This document shows positions 11,683 through 24,059 of a stretch of 64,000 nt of DNA, piece after piece. Source of the DNA: Octopus sinensis. Taxonomy: Eukaryota. Within the stretch, counting starts at the first letter, position 1. Each line of letters opens with the position of its first letter. The notes beneath the pieces were generated by a model. That model worked only from the letters and a program-made list of their open reading frames with translations. It was not told the origin of the DNA and made no database searches. Location of the stretch: contig NC_043000.1 in NCBI RefSeq assembly GCF_006345805.1, positions 131,936,001 through 132,000,000 on the forward strand. Direction: 5' to 3'. The position numbers and the translations under genes were made by a program.

Positions 11683-11799
11683 TCTTACGGCCATATCACG
11701 TTGAAAGCACCGGTTCTCGTTTGATCACCGAAGCTAATAACATCGAGCCTAGTTAGTACTTAGATGGGTGACTGCTTGGGAAACCTAGGTGCTGTAAGC
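11683..11799 (+). pseudogene. 5S rRNA: Degenerate inverted 5S copy
   Basis: Plus-strand 5S with G1>T, box A damage and several substitutions. Confidence 0.85.
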
Positions 11800-11865
11800 A
11801 TTACCTTTCGTTTTGTTTCTACTGCCACCGAAACTCTGCCTGAGTTAACTTCGTTTTTTTTTACG

Positions 11866-11922
11866 GCTTAACTTTGGTGATCAGACTAGAACCGTTTCTT
11901 TCAACGTGATATGGCCGTAAGC
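11866..11922 (-). pseudogene. 5S rRNA: 5' fragment of the split 5S gene
   Basis: GCTTAACTTTGGTGATC...ATGGCCGTAAGC, degenerate. Confidence 0.8.
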
Positions 11923-12149
11923 AGCAGCGTAGTAAATCTTTAGATGTTTATTCTATACACCGATACTACAGCTTTGTTTTGTTTTTTAGGATAAGGTCAT
12001 TTTAACTAAAAACTCAAATGACCGTAACAGTATAGAAAATTTCATAAGCCGTAAAAAAAAACGAAGTTAAGTCAGGCAGTTTCGGTAATAGTAAAAAAAA
12101 AAGAAAAACAAAAAGGGAATGCTTACAGCATTTATATTTTTGTTTCGGG

Positions 12150-13700
12150 AAAGGGTAGGCTTTTCGACCTTTACATACTTTCGGCGCCGGTAAGGTTGAT
12201 GCTGTTATTGTTCTGCAAACGTTTTTCGTGTCAGCTACAGAGAAAAACAAAATCTGCATAAAGAAAAAATTCCAAACATGGTGTTCTGGGAAGAAAGCAT
12301 TAGACGTAAAATGAGTGGGCTTAGCAGATGGACACAATGTGAGTGACGATGGGTCGAGCAAAGTGCGAGACGTCTCTGAGAGGATGAAAGTGTAGAATTG
12401 TTTGAAAATGCTGCGAAGGAAAGGACATCACGTATGAAATCCATATGTTCAGGTATGTTGTATTGGCGAGCGACTGCATAACATTGGCTAGCTGCCCGTT
12501 CTTTGTTTGCGGTCTCGGACGTCCCAGTTTTATCTCAAATGTTGGGAACCGAAATATTTTATCTTGCTAAAGAAGAATTAATAGAATCTTTATGATACCG
12601 TCTTTGCTATTGTGAAAACATGCGTTTGCCAGAAGAGATATTCCTTGATTCAATGGCAGTGAGGTTTAGTACTAGAAGAGATTGTGAGGTTGCATGCTAT
12701 TCATCATGAAGGTATAGGTGTTAGTGATGACTCGTGTTCCTTGCTATTCCAAGCAACATGGATAACTGCAGCAGCTCGATCTCAGTAGTGTAGCTTGTGG
12801 CATGAAGAGAGTGGTGTATCCCGTGTGGTACTTTAGAGTCTGGTGTATTAGCCTGTACAGGCTCGGTGCCTGGTGTGAAGGAGTAAAACCTACGGGGCCT
12901 ATTAAATGACGAATGGATTTATCCCAAGTCAAAGAAAGGTTACTTCCAACTCTTGCGTAGTGGAGTCTATAAAGAATTATACCTCTTGTAGAACAGCTGG
13001 TTTGTTTGAAACACAGGTGAGGTATAACTTTATGAAACAATTCAAAAGTGTTCTTTAATTCATTAAAGGTTATGGATCTCACGAAACTAGTTACAATCAA
13101 CACCTCATAACATAATTATTACTCTCAGAAATAAAGAGGGGATCACGGAAAATTGGAGAAAACCGTTATTCACAAAACTCACTTACCCTCCCACTGTAAA
13201 TACTGCGACCATGGAAACGGTTGCCCAAAGATTAATTAAAAAGAATTACGTGCTCTAACTTCCTTCGAAGTTTCACCTCTGCTAGTGGCTCTTTCTCCAG
13301 AGACAGCTGTATGTATTAGCATATGTAACTAGTTACTAGCTCATTTTCGATCCCATAAAAGAAATCAGTATATCAAGTTGTTTTACTCTCATCCATCCTA
13401 TATGGGTGTGAAATCTGGATGCTCTTCAAAACTCTCCTCAAGCAATTCGAACGTTTCCACTTGAGAATTTTGCGATTGAGCATGGCCTTCAGGTAGCAGG
13501 ACCAGGCGGAAAATTCGTAATTGTTGGAGACTATGTCGTTGAAGGCTCTGCTACGCTGCACTGGACACATCGGCATCGGAGAACCCTGCTGAATCCGCCA
13601 AATATTCTATATCTGGTCTATCAAAATAGAGATATAAGAGACAATATGAAAGCCTATTTGAAGACGTGTATGTTCAAGAGATCTTAAGTCTGTCGCTCTG
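12150..13700 (+). mobile_element. Decayed RTE-clade non-LTR retrotransposon relic (copy 1)
   Basis: 13375-13700 translates to QVVLLSSILYGCEIW...KQFERFHLRILR...*QDQ...LRCTGH...RDLK, matching the RTE RT C-terminal pattern LLYGCETW/LERFH/WQD/LRWxGH. Upstream 1.2 kb is assigned only through similarity to 42390-43530. Confidence 0.7.
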
Positions 13701-14389
13701 TATATAGCTAGTTATTGTGTTGTGAGAAAAAGTCTAAAAGATACATCTACGTAGATAATCGTGAATGCATGTGGGCTCCTTCAACGTACAAAATTCATAT
13801 TGTAACAGAAAACAAAATGCACCTCTAAACTCCTTTGATATCCTAACCAATCAACTGTAACAGGAAAACACTCACACATACACGCGCACGAACTCATGCA
13901 CAGACACATACAAACGTTGACCCAGGTTGCCTCCATGCTGGTCCTTGGTATGTTGGTAGAGAATGGAGGACTGTTTTTTGTTTTTTGTATGGAGGACTTT
14001 TTGTTTTTGACGACAATATAACGACAAAAAACAGTCCTCCATACTCTACAAATGTAAGGACCAACATGAGGGCAACCTGGGGCAACTTGACATCCGTATT
14101 TTATTGAAGCCCCCAATGACCCAACACTCAGACAAATACAGGAGTACGTCCTCATAAATGAAACAACCCCACTACTAAATAGGAAATATACGTAGTAGAT
14201 AATCATATCCCCATACCCACAGTTTCTATTTATATAGAGATAGAATAGTTAGTGGGATGTTATGTAGATGTATGTGTGTGTATGTCTCTATATGTAGATG
14301 CACATGTATGTAGGCAAATGGATATGAAAGTAAGCTGATAGACACACAGACGGATAAGTATATAGGTAATATGAACAGACACGCACACA

Positions 14390-15030
14390 TACGCAAATGA
14401 AGACTGAAACACATGACCATATACACACACACTTCACTTCACACAAGGACACATATGGAGACACACATCCACACATACAAACACAGTACATAGTCACAAA
14501 AACCCATACACACAGACACACTCAGACATGCACACACACACATACATGGAAACACACACAAAAACACACAAACACATGAATATGCAGAATACATACATAC
14601 AAACGTACACACATACATATATACATACACACATACATATATACATACACACGTACATACATACATACATACATACATACATACGTACTACATACATACA
14701 TACATACATACATACATACGACATACATACATACATACATACATACATACATACATACATACATACATACATACATCTGTATGCGTACACACACTGACCC
14801 ACACACATGCGCACAAACAAACAAAAAGAACACAGCTTAGATACTGGACAATCAGCAACTACTGAAAATGCTGCAAGACACAACGAAAATTTTAGAAAAA
14901 TAAATAAGTAAATGAGTGGAAATTTTACTCGTGAGTGTGTTAAATTATAAGGCACTAAAAGAGAATGACTCTTCCCGGACACAACAGTATATATATATAT
15001 ATAATATATATATATATAATATATATATAG
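14390..15030. repeat. Compound (CA)n/(TACA)n/(TA)n microsatellites
   Basis: Direct reading. Confidence 0.9.
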
Positions 15031-15137
15031 CAAAAACAATTAAGATTCAAGTGAATTCAAATGAATTCAATGATATGGTACTTACTTAGATGCACCAGAT
15101 TCTTTATGGTATTAACCATAAAATAATGTGTGGTGAT

Positions 15138-15672
15138 TATAACCAAGAAAAACCAACAAGATGGATTAGTAGTTTAGTACAATTGTTTCATACTAAGAAC
15201 AATTTTATTTAAAGCTGCAAATATTGCAGCAAATACAAATGTCCAGTATTCATCAGCTAAATCACATATATGTTTTCCAGACATCCTAGAGAGTTTGACT
15301 ATCCTCATGAAGTATTAGGAGTGAGTTCTATGAAGTTTAAAGTCAAATTATAAGCAAACTTAAATGCTTTCTAATGATGCACTGTTTTATAAAAAGTTTT
15401 TTAAAAAATTGTTAACTTCCCAGAGAAGGTGAATCTATCCATAAAAATGCAGATATAATTTCCGGAGACATGTTTCATAGAACTCACTCCTAATACTTCA
15501 TGAGGATAGTCAAACTCTCTAGGATGTCTGTAAAACATATATGTGATTTAGCTGATGAATACTGGACATTTGTATCTGCTGCAATATTTGCAGCTTTAAA
15601 TAAAATTGTTCTTAGTATGAAACAATTGTACTAAGCTACTAATCCATTATTGTTGCTTTTTTCTTGGTTATA
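15138..15672. mobile_element. Foldback/MITE-like element with about 197-bp inverted arms and 139-bp loop
   Basis: 15138-15334 is the reverse complement of 15474-15672 with few mismatches; TA at both ends. Confidence 0.8.
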
Positions 15673-15734
15673 TATACATATATATATATATATATAAGAA
15701 GGTTAAGAACAGACTAGTTAGGTTTTTTAGTAGA

Positions 15735-17130
15735 ATGGGCTTGCGCATCGTTTTTGACGATGAATTAACTAAAGCCAACTTCTTAGACATTACCCTCAAT
15801 TTGCAGAATAACTCATACTTCCTTTATCATAAACCTTCAACAAATCTTAAGTATATTAGCATTCACAGTAATCATGCCAGGCCAGTTACCGATAATTTAG
15901 TCAAAAATATATCCTTCAGACTGTCTAAATTATCTGCCAAATTCGACATCTTTAACCAAAAAGCAGACTTCTATAACGCCGCCTTGTTAAAAGCCGGTTA
16001 TAAGGAGAAAGTGTCATACATCGATTCAGCTCATTCTAAACCAACATCTGCTTCTCCAGATAGAAAAGTTACTCGTAATAGGAATAGTGATTTCAATTCT
16101 AATAGTGCCAGCAACCCTGTACATAAAATAAATTCTTTACGGACTAGGAGAGGTAAGCACCATTCAACCCCAAATTTCCAACCCAGAAATTTTCCCCTTA
16201 CTTTCACAAATAATACTAAATACAATTCAAAGGCCACAAAAAACTGTATCTGGTTCGTAATACCTTTCGGAAAACAAATTAAATCGAACCTTCCCTTGCA
16301 GTTCCGTGAAGCCGTTGCTGGGAACTTTCCCAGAAATTCCAGATATCATTCTATTATCAATTCCCACATAGTTAGAATCGCTTTCTCTAACACTAGAAAT
16401 TTTCACAAATATATCTTCTCACAATACCAAGCTGCTAAACAAAGATTCTTCACCCGGGAGTTCCACACTAATCTTGCTAATTCAACCCATCATACAATCA
16501 TATATAATAGAATAGTATTAATAGTAATAGCATTGGTAGCAGCGATAGTGTTAACAATGATAATATTAATAATAGTATTAGTCGTGTTAATAACAATGGT
16601 AATGTTGATGGTAATAACAATAACGGTATTATTGTCGGTGTATTACTGTTGCATTACCATTAATAATAATACTAATAATAGAAATAGTGTAGTTGTTGGC
16701 GCTAATAATAATAGTAACCAACAATCATAGCAATAGAACTTCGTTTCGATCTCGGAGGACAACTCCAACAGAATTAAATTTTTGTCTAGTAATTCTAAGA
16801 TTAAGAATCTATTACCAGTGTAGAATTTCTTCCGGTACGATGTCTTCTATATAGGAGCGTCCACATTCGCAGTTATCCAAGAGAATTTCAAACCATATTC
16901 AACATTCAGGGATAGTAAAAAACGACATAGTACAGGGCTAAAGTAAATTAGTTGGCTCCTTAAAGACACAATATAAATTTCAAGTTAGATTGGTTCACAC
17001 TGTCTGTATCCTTTCCTTTCGATAAGGGCAGGAGATTTTGTAACATTTGCAACTCTGAACTCTTCCATGTTCTCTTCTCTAAGGTTCCCCTTGTAAACAC
17101 ACTCATCAAAAATCATACAAATGTAAACAC
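15735..17130 (+). mobile_element. 5'-truncated Penelope-like element (Naiad/Chlamys-like): RT thumb, linker, degenerate GIY-YIG
   Basis: ORF 15735-16730 has NFLDITL..YHKP..Y...SNH..RLS..Y..AL..AGY and IWF..PF; frameshifted downstream IYQC..FYIGAS..KRISNH, WLLK, LDW and CNICNSE (CxLCxxE-like). Confidence 0.8.
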
Positions 17131-17421
17131 TGCAGAAACCTACTTTCTACTCATATAAATGATAACGATAGTCACTGTGGTTTGAACAATTAGCTTAACG
17201 TGCACTCCACTCAATAGCGAAATTCTTTCCTAAGCCTTCGAACATTCTTTCAATCAACGTACCCTTCCCTCTCTCTTGTTCCCTACCTATTATTCCTACT
17301 ATCTATCTTTGACGTCAATTTCTTCGAACGGTTTTTTTAAAAACTCTCATTATCGTTTGTTTTACCATGTAGGCAGTCATCGAAATTTTTGTTTGTCTTG
17401 TTGTCGAGAGAGGCTCCCTGT

Positions 17422-17500
17422 CTTTCCTGATGAGAAGATTGCATAATGCACCCTTATTCCTTTGGAATGAACCATGTTGTCTCGAAACATAGGTCGAGAG
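17422..17500 (+). ncRNA. Type I hammerhead ribozyme motif in the 3' repeat of the Naiad-like element
   Basis: CTTTC-CTGATGA-[branched stem II]-GAAAC-ATAG-GTC-GAGAG; stem I CTTTC/GAGAG; predicted cleavage after GUC at 17495. Confidence 0.65.
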
Positions 17501-17790
17501 TAAAGGAATTTTGTTAACATCTTCGTTCGACTCCATTCTTTCATTTATTCATATACAACACACAAATTTCTGCACATGAACCCGGAGTTTCTACCCTGGA
17601 CAGGTCGCTTCAACCGTGTTTTCTGACGTGAATTTGCTACCCTGGTTTCGGTTCAACGAATTTTCCATGCTGACGATAAACATAGGATAATTCATTCACC
17701 TATTTATATGATATATATATATATATTATATATATATAATATATATATATATAATAATAACATATATAATATATATATATATATAGAAGG

Positions 17791-17841
17791 AGCTTCTACA
17801 GGACTAGAACTGTTTCATTCAAGAGAAATCTTCAGGAAGCT
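17791..17841 (-). ncRNA. Minimal type I hammerhead ribozyme motif
   Basis: Sense AGCTTC-CTGAAGA-TTTCTCTTGAAT-GAAACAG-TTCTAGTC-CTGTA-GAAGCT; 6-bp stem I, 4-bp stem III, GUA triplet. Confidence 0.7.
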
Positions 17842-17844
17842 ATG

Positions 17845-18267
17845 TGTATATGTATGTGCGTGTGTGTGTGTGTGTGTATCTAGTATAGATGTATGTATGT
17901 ATATATGTATATATGTATATATGTGTGTATGCATATGTATGTGTATATGTATGTGTGGTATGTATGTGTATGTATTATAAAATATTATATAATTAGGCTT
18001 AGTAAAATAAATTACTTTGCCACATACTGACTTTCTAGAAATAGCAGCCAAAAAGTTGTTAGTTTTCTCCTCTTCCACTACTTAGAGAATATTTTCCCTC
18101 AGACATTGTTTACTCATAAAAATTGGTCCTTTTACATACTGAATACTTGGTGAAATTGATTAATAACTAATTAACTTTACCCTCAATTGTTGATATATGT
18201 ATGTGTGTGTATAATATGTGTGTGTATGTGTATATGTACATGTATGTATATGTGTATGTATGTATGT

Positions 18268-18322
<55 letters not shown>

Positions 18323-18667
18323 GTATGTATATGGTGTGTGTGTGGGTGTGTGTATCTTATATATTATATATATATATTATCTATGCATATGTATGTGTGT
18401 GTATCTGTGTATTATGTATGTGTATGTTTATGTATATGTATGTATATGTATATGTATATGTATGTGTGTGTGTATAGTATATATGTGTATATATATGAGT
18501 GTACGCGAGTATGTATATATGAGTGTACGCGAGTATGTCGATGTATATGTAGGTATGTAGAGTTTTGGTTATGTGCAGGTATGTGAGTGTAGATACAAAT
18601 TGTAGATGTGTATATATATATATGTGTGTGTATATATACATGTATATAGGTATATGTATGTGTGTAT

Positions 18668-18719
<52 letters not shown>

Positions 18720-18804
18720 GCGAGTATGTAGAGATATAAGTATGTGCATGTGTATATGTATATGTGTGTATATATATGTATGGGTATGTGTATGTGTATG
18801 TATG

Positions 18805-18837
<33 letters not shown>

Positions 18838-19324
18838 GTATGCATATACGTATGTATGTATGTATGTATGTATATGTGTATGTATATATGTGTGTAAGTG
18901 TGTGTATATATGTAAATGTAAGTGTGTGTGCTTGTATGAGAATGTATGTATGTTTGCACACATGTATATATGTGTGTGTATGTGTATATGTATATGTATA
19001 TGTGTATATATATATGTATGTATGTATGTGTGTATGTATGTGTGTATGTATATATATGTGTATATGTGTGTGTGTGTATACATGTGTGTATGTGTATGTA
19101 TGTATGTATATATATGCGTGTGTATGTGTATGTGTATATGTACATATACGCGTACGCTCGTGTGTTTATGTATATGTAGGTACGTAGAGTTACCTATGTG
19201 TGTATTTATATGTACATGGGTAAGTATGTAAGTATGATATATATGTATATATGTATGTGTATGTGTGTGTGTATAATATATGTATGTATGTGTGTATGTG
19301 TATGTGTATGTGTATATGTGTATG

Positions 19325-19355
<31 letters not shown>

Positions 19356-19850
19356 TATATGTGTGTGTAAGTTTATATGTATGTATCCGTCTATATAATA
19401 GGTAACTGCACGTACATATACTTAATATTTATTATTTATTTTTTGAGTATGCATGTACGAATAACTGCGCGTATATATATTTTACTATTTACTTATATTT
19501 TTTGAGTATGCATGCAAGTATGAATATAAGGAGGCGCGTGTGTGTGTGTGTGTGTGTATGTGTAAGCATAGATATATGTATACTTTTACGCATGTGTGTA
19601 CTTATGTGTATATATGGATGCGCGCGCGTGTGTGTGTGTGTATGGGTACGCATGTACATGTGTATGTGCGTGTAGTGTATATATATGTATATGTGTGTGT
19701 ATGCGTATGTGTGTGTATATATATGTATATATATATGTGTGTATATGCATGTGAATATATATATGTATATGTATATGTATATATACATATATATTCACAT
19801 GCATATACACACATATATATATACATATATATACACACACATACGCCTCA
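17845..19850. repeat. Long compound (TA)n/(TG)n/(TATG)n microsatellite field
   Basis: Direct reading; source of many spurious ORFs. Confidence 0.9.
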
Positions 19851-21276
19851 CACACATTCCAAATACAGTCCCGAAAAACACCATACTTGCAAGCTTTGAT
19901 GTCACAAATCTATACACAAACATACCACACACCCTAGGTCTAGAAGCTATAAAACAATCAATAGAAAAATACAGAGAACTTATAGATGAACGCTTCAAGA
20001 CAAACTTTATCACCCAAGCCACCCAACTAATACTAGAAGAAAACACATTCTCATTCAACAACAAGACATACCGACAGATAAAAGGCACGGCTATGGGTAC
20101 AAAATTCGCACCTTCATATGCCAACCTAGTGATGGGCTTCCTGGAGAAAAAAACTATATGACGAAATAGGGAAAGTCTTCGAACACGACTTCAGAGAAGA
20201 CATCAAGAAAAAGTGGAAACGCTACCTCGATGACTGTTTCATCTTTTGGAACAGATCAGAAGAGGACCTACAAACATTCCACAACATCCTCAATACGCTG
20301 CACCCATCTATCAATTTCACAATAGATACCAGCCACAACGAACTTCCCTTCCTAGACATCAACATCAAAATACACAACTCCATCGTCACAACAGACATCC
20401 ACTACAAAAAACTGACACACATCAATACTTAAATTTCCACTCCTGCCACCCATCCCACACAAAAAGAAAACATCCCATATAGTATGGCACGACGAATATG
20501 TAGCATAGTAACTGATTCACAAATACGATTAATAAGACTAGATGAACTCAAAAGCTTCCTCCTAGAGCAAAAATACCCCCTTAAACTAATAGAAAATGGA
20601 ATCACAAGAGCATTAAAACTAGACATAACACAACTCAGGACACCCAAAACAAAAAACAAAGAAAACACTATCCCTTTTATAAACACACACAACCCTGGAG
20701 TTACCAACATCTTCCAAACCATACATTCAAACCTACCAATAGCCTTACAGAGCCCCAAAATGAAAAACATATTAAACAATATAGCATAAAAAACAGTAGA
20801 CGACAGGACAAAAACCTAAAAAAACACCTAACAAGAGCGAAATTCTCTTCAGAAACTAAAACGGAATTCTTTGCAAAAGAGTGCGGAGATGGTAGATGTG
20901 GGACCTGCAGCAACCCCACCTACAAATACATAGAGAGCAACAGAGAGATAAGATTTAAAAATGGTGTCATATTCAAAGTAAATGCAGATATGAACTGCAA
21001 GACGCAGAACGTCATATACTGCATAACCTGCCCCACATGCAAGGAGAATTACGTAGGAGAAACTGGTAATTCTTTGTGCCAGCGAGCCAGGATCCACCGA
21101 CAACATATTCGGCAGGAAGAACTACGCAAATACCACTAAGCACACACCTAGCTACATGTGGAGAAGGAAAATTTAAGATATTTCCCTTCTACAAGTGTCC
21201 GAAGAATGACACCCCCTTCAGGAGGAATATGGAAAAACATTTCATAGCTAAGTTCTCCCCCAAATTAAATGGCTGA
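19850..21276 (+). mobile_element. 5'-truncated Penelope-like element (Neptune/Poseidon-like) RT plus GIY-YIG, frameshifted
   Basis: SFDVTNLYTNIP, QIKGTAMGTKFAPSYANL, RYLDDCF (20223), LPFLD, HSCHP; linker CGDGRCGTC; NVIYCITC..YVGETG..R..HR; ends PKLNG*. Confidence 0.93.
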
Positions 21277-21589
21277 AACTTTACTCAACATACATTGAAG
21301 GAAAAGTCTGTGTGTGTGTAGATGTGTGTATTGCCTGTTATATACATCATATTATATTATTATCTTTATAATTCACTTCCATCTTTACCCTCTAATTGTC
21401 ACTTTAGTTTTAACTTTCCTATGACATACAACTTTCAAGATGGTATAATTTGGTTGTTCATTTTGAACCGATAAAAAGGTTTTTTCAAATATTTTATGTA
21501 TGAGTCTGTGTGTGTGTATATATATGTGTTGGTATAAATATCAACACACAAAAATATTTTTTCTTCTCCACTTCCTCCCTTATTTTTAT

Positions 21590-22064
21590 TTTTATTTTTA
21601 TTTTTTTATTTTTTATTCTTTATATTTTTATTTATTCTTTATATTTTTATTTTATTTTTTATTTTTTGTTTTTATTTTATTTTATTTTATTTTTTTATTT
21701 TTTTTATTTTTATTTTTATTATTATTATTTTTATTTTCCCTTTTCTCTTTTTGTCTCTCCTCCCCTTCCCAAACACACAGACACACACACACACACACAC
21801 ACATACACACCACACACACCACACACACACACACAAAAAACACACACAGAACACAGAGACACACACACACACACACCACCTCCACAGAATGATCATAGAA
21901 AGTGTGACCCCAAATGACATTTGCCAGGCCAACCTATGCACAACACACACTCAGTGACATTGAAATGGACGGCCAAAGTTCTTATAAAACCACAGGGGGT
22001 CCAGCAGACCAACAGAAATAACACTTCTTCACTCTCAGATATAAATGCGCACACACACACACAC

Positions 22065-22100
<36 letters not shown>

Positions 22101-23160
22101 ACATATTTTCTCTCTGTCCTCACTTCCTCCTCACCCATACTACGAAACTATAAAAAGGTTCAAACTACCCACAACTGATTTGATTTGAAAACCCACTAGA
22201 ATGGGAGCAAGCGCTAATCCGAATGATATGATATATATGTAAAAAATGTAATATATAAATAAATATCTACAAATATGAACCATCTGATCTGATTACCTCA
22301 ATTTTTCTAATATATATATATATATATACATGTATGTATTTGTATGTAGGTGTATATGTATTGTGTGTATTTATATTTATTGGTGTATATATAGACTAGC
22401 CTTCTAAGAGTGTAGACATGAATCTGTAGGTACGCGTACGTATGTATATACGTGAATGTATGTAGATGTATGTATGTATGAATATAACGCGTGCGGTGCG
22501 TGTATGTGTATGAGTGTACGAATGAGTGAGTGTACGTGCTAAAGAGTGTGCGTGAGTGAATGAGTGCTTGTTTTCCAGTAGACAGATAAATGGACTGGCT
22601 GTCATAGCCAAGATGTTTGTGACCAAGCGGCCAAAGATAACAAAAGTAATAAACGAAGATAATAAAATTAAAATTAGGGAATGGGTCTGTATTTGTATGT
22701 GTATATATATGTGTTATGTGTAGGTATGCATAGGTACACATATGTATATATATGTATATATATGTATATATATATACATACATGTATGTATGTGTATGTA
22801 TGTGTGTGTATATGTGTGTGTAGTGTATATATGTGTATATAGGGACTAGTGTGCTGTGTGTGCATGTGTGGTGTGGATATGTGTGTGTATGCGTGTATGT
22901 GAGTATGTGTGTGTATGTGTATATATATTTTCTGTGCGTATATGTATGTGTGGTCGTGTGTGTATATATACATGTGTGTATACGTGTATGCATGTGAGTG
23001 TGTGTATGTATACATATATATATGTGTATGTGTAGATATGTATATGTATGTGTATGTGTAAGTGTATATATATGTATATATATGTGTGTGTATGTATGTG
23101 TGTATGTATATGTATATATGTTTGTATGTGTGTGTATGTATGTATACATGTGTGCATAGG
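21590..23160. repeat. (TTTTA)n, (CA)n and (TG/TA)n simple repeats downstream of the Penelope ORF
   Basis: Direct reading. Confidence 0.8.
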
Positions 23161-23384
23161 TATAAGTGAGAATCTCCTTATTTACCTAAAACTCTATTCC
23201 CCTTTTTTTTATATATAGATTTTTTTTTTTTTTTTTATTTATTCTTCTATCTAATTTAACACTGACTCCTTGACCACTCCCCCAAGTATGATATTTTGCG
23301 CTATGCCTACCCCCAAAAAGTCCCCCACCAACACCCCTTTAAACCTGCCTAAATGTATAAATGCCAATACAATTCTTGTTAACT

Positions 23385-23435
23385 AGCTTCCTGAAGATTT
23401 CTCTTGAATGAAACAGTTCTAGTCCTGTAGAAGCT
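23385..23435 (+). ncRNA. Minimal type I hammerhead motif identical to 17791-17841, opposite strand
   Basis: AGCTTCCTGAAGATTTCTCTTGAATGAAACAGTTCTAGTCCTGTAGAAGCT. Confidence 0.7.
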
Positions 23436-23517
23436 CCTTCTATATAATAAATTAAATTTACTCTGCTATGTATTGAGTACCTTATTTACTGTGGTTAACC
23501 CCGAATCAACCCGGGAC

Positions 23518-23614
<97 letters not shown>

Positions 23615-24059
23615 CATATATATATACATATACATACACATATATGTAAATTAATAGAATGAGATAAAAATCCAAGGCTGTGAAAGATTTCAGAACATTT
23701 ATAAATAGGTCTGTAAGAACGACCGTGCGAAGGAGAGGTGACGATGAATGAGCTCCTATAATACACCTTACAATATTGCAATATATACGAAAAAGGATGA
23801 GTACAAGTGACAGAAGGAAAAGAAACGACACAACCGGTAGAAGGTTTAAGAGATTTTATTTAGGTGTTAACATGTGTGTCTGAGTGTGCGTCATATATGC
23901 ATAATGTTAATAATAACAATAGACAGGCCGTCAAGTATACAAAGTGTATGTGTACAAACAAGGATGTATGCGTGTGCGATAAGTACAGAGCATTGAAAGA
24001 GTCTATAATAGGACGCTAGAAGAATGTTCAGACATAAGGAAGATAGATACCAGTTCGTA

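Noticed and set aside
16500-16730. Hydrophobic C-terminus of ORF 15735 as a transmembrane domain
   Set aside because: Off-frame reading of an (AAT)-like repeat after a frameshift
14288-23157. Numerous MYVC/HTYI/IYIY ORFs (also 26.5 kb and 53.7-54.4 kb)
   Set aside because: Translations of di- and tetranucleotide microsatellites
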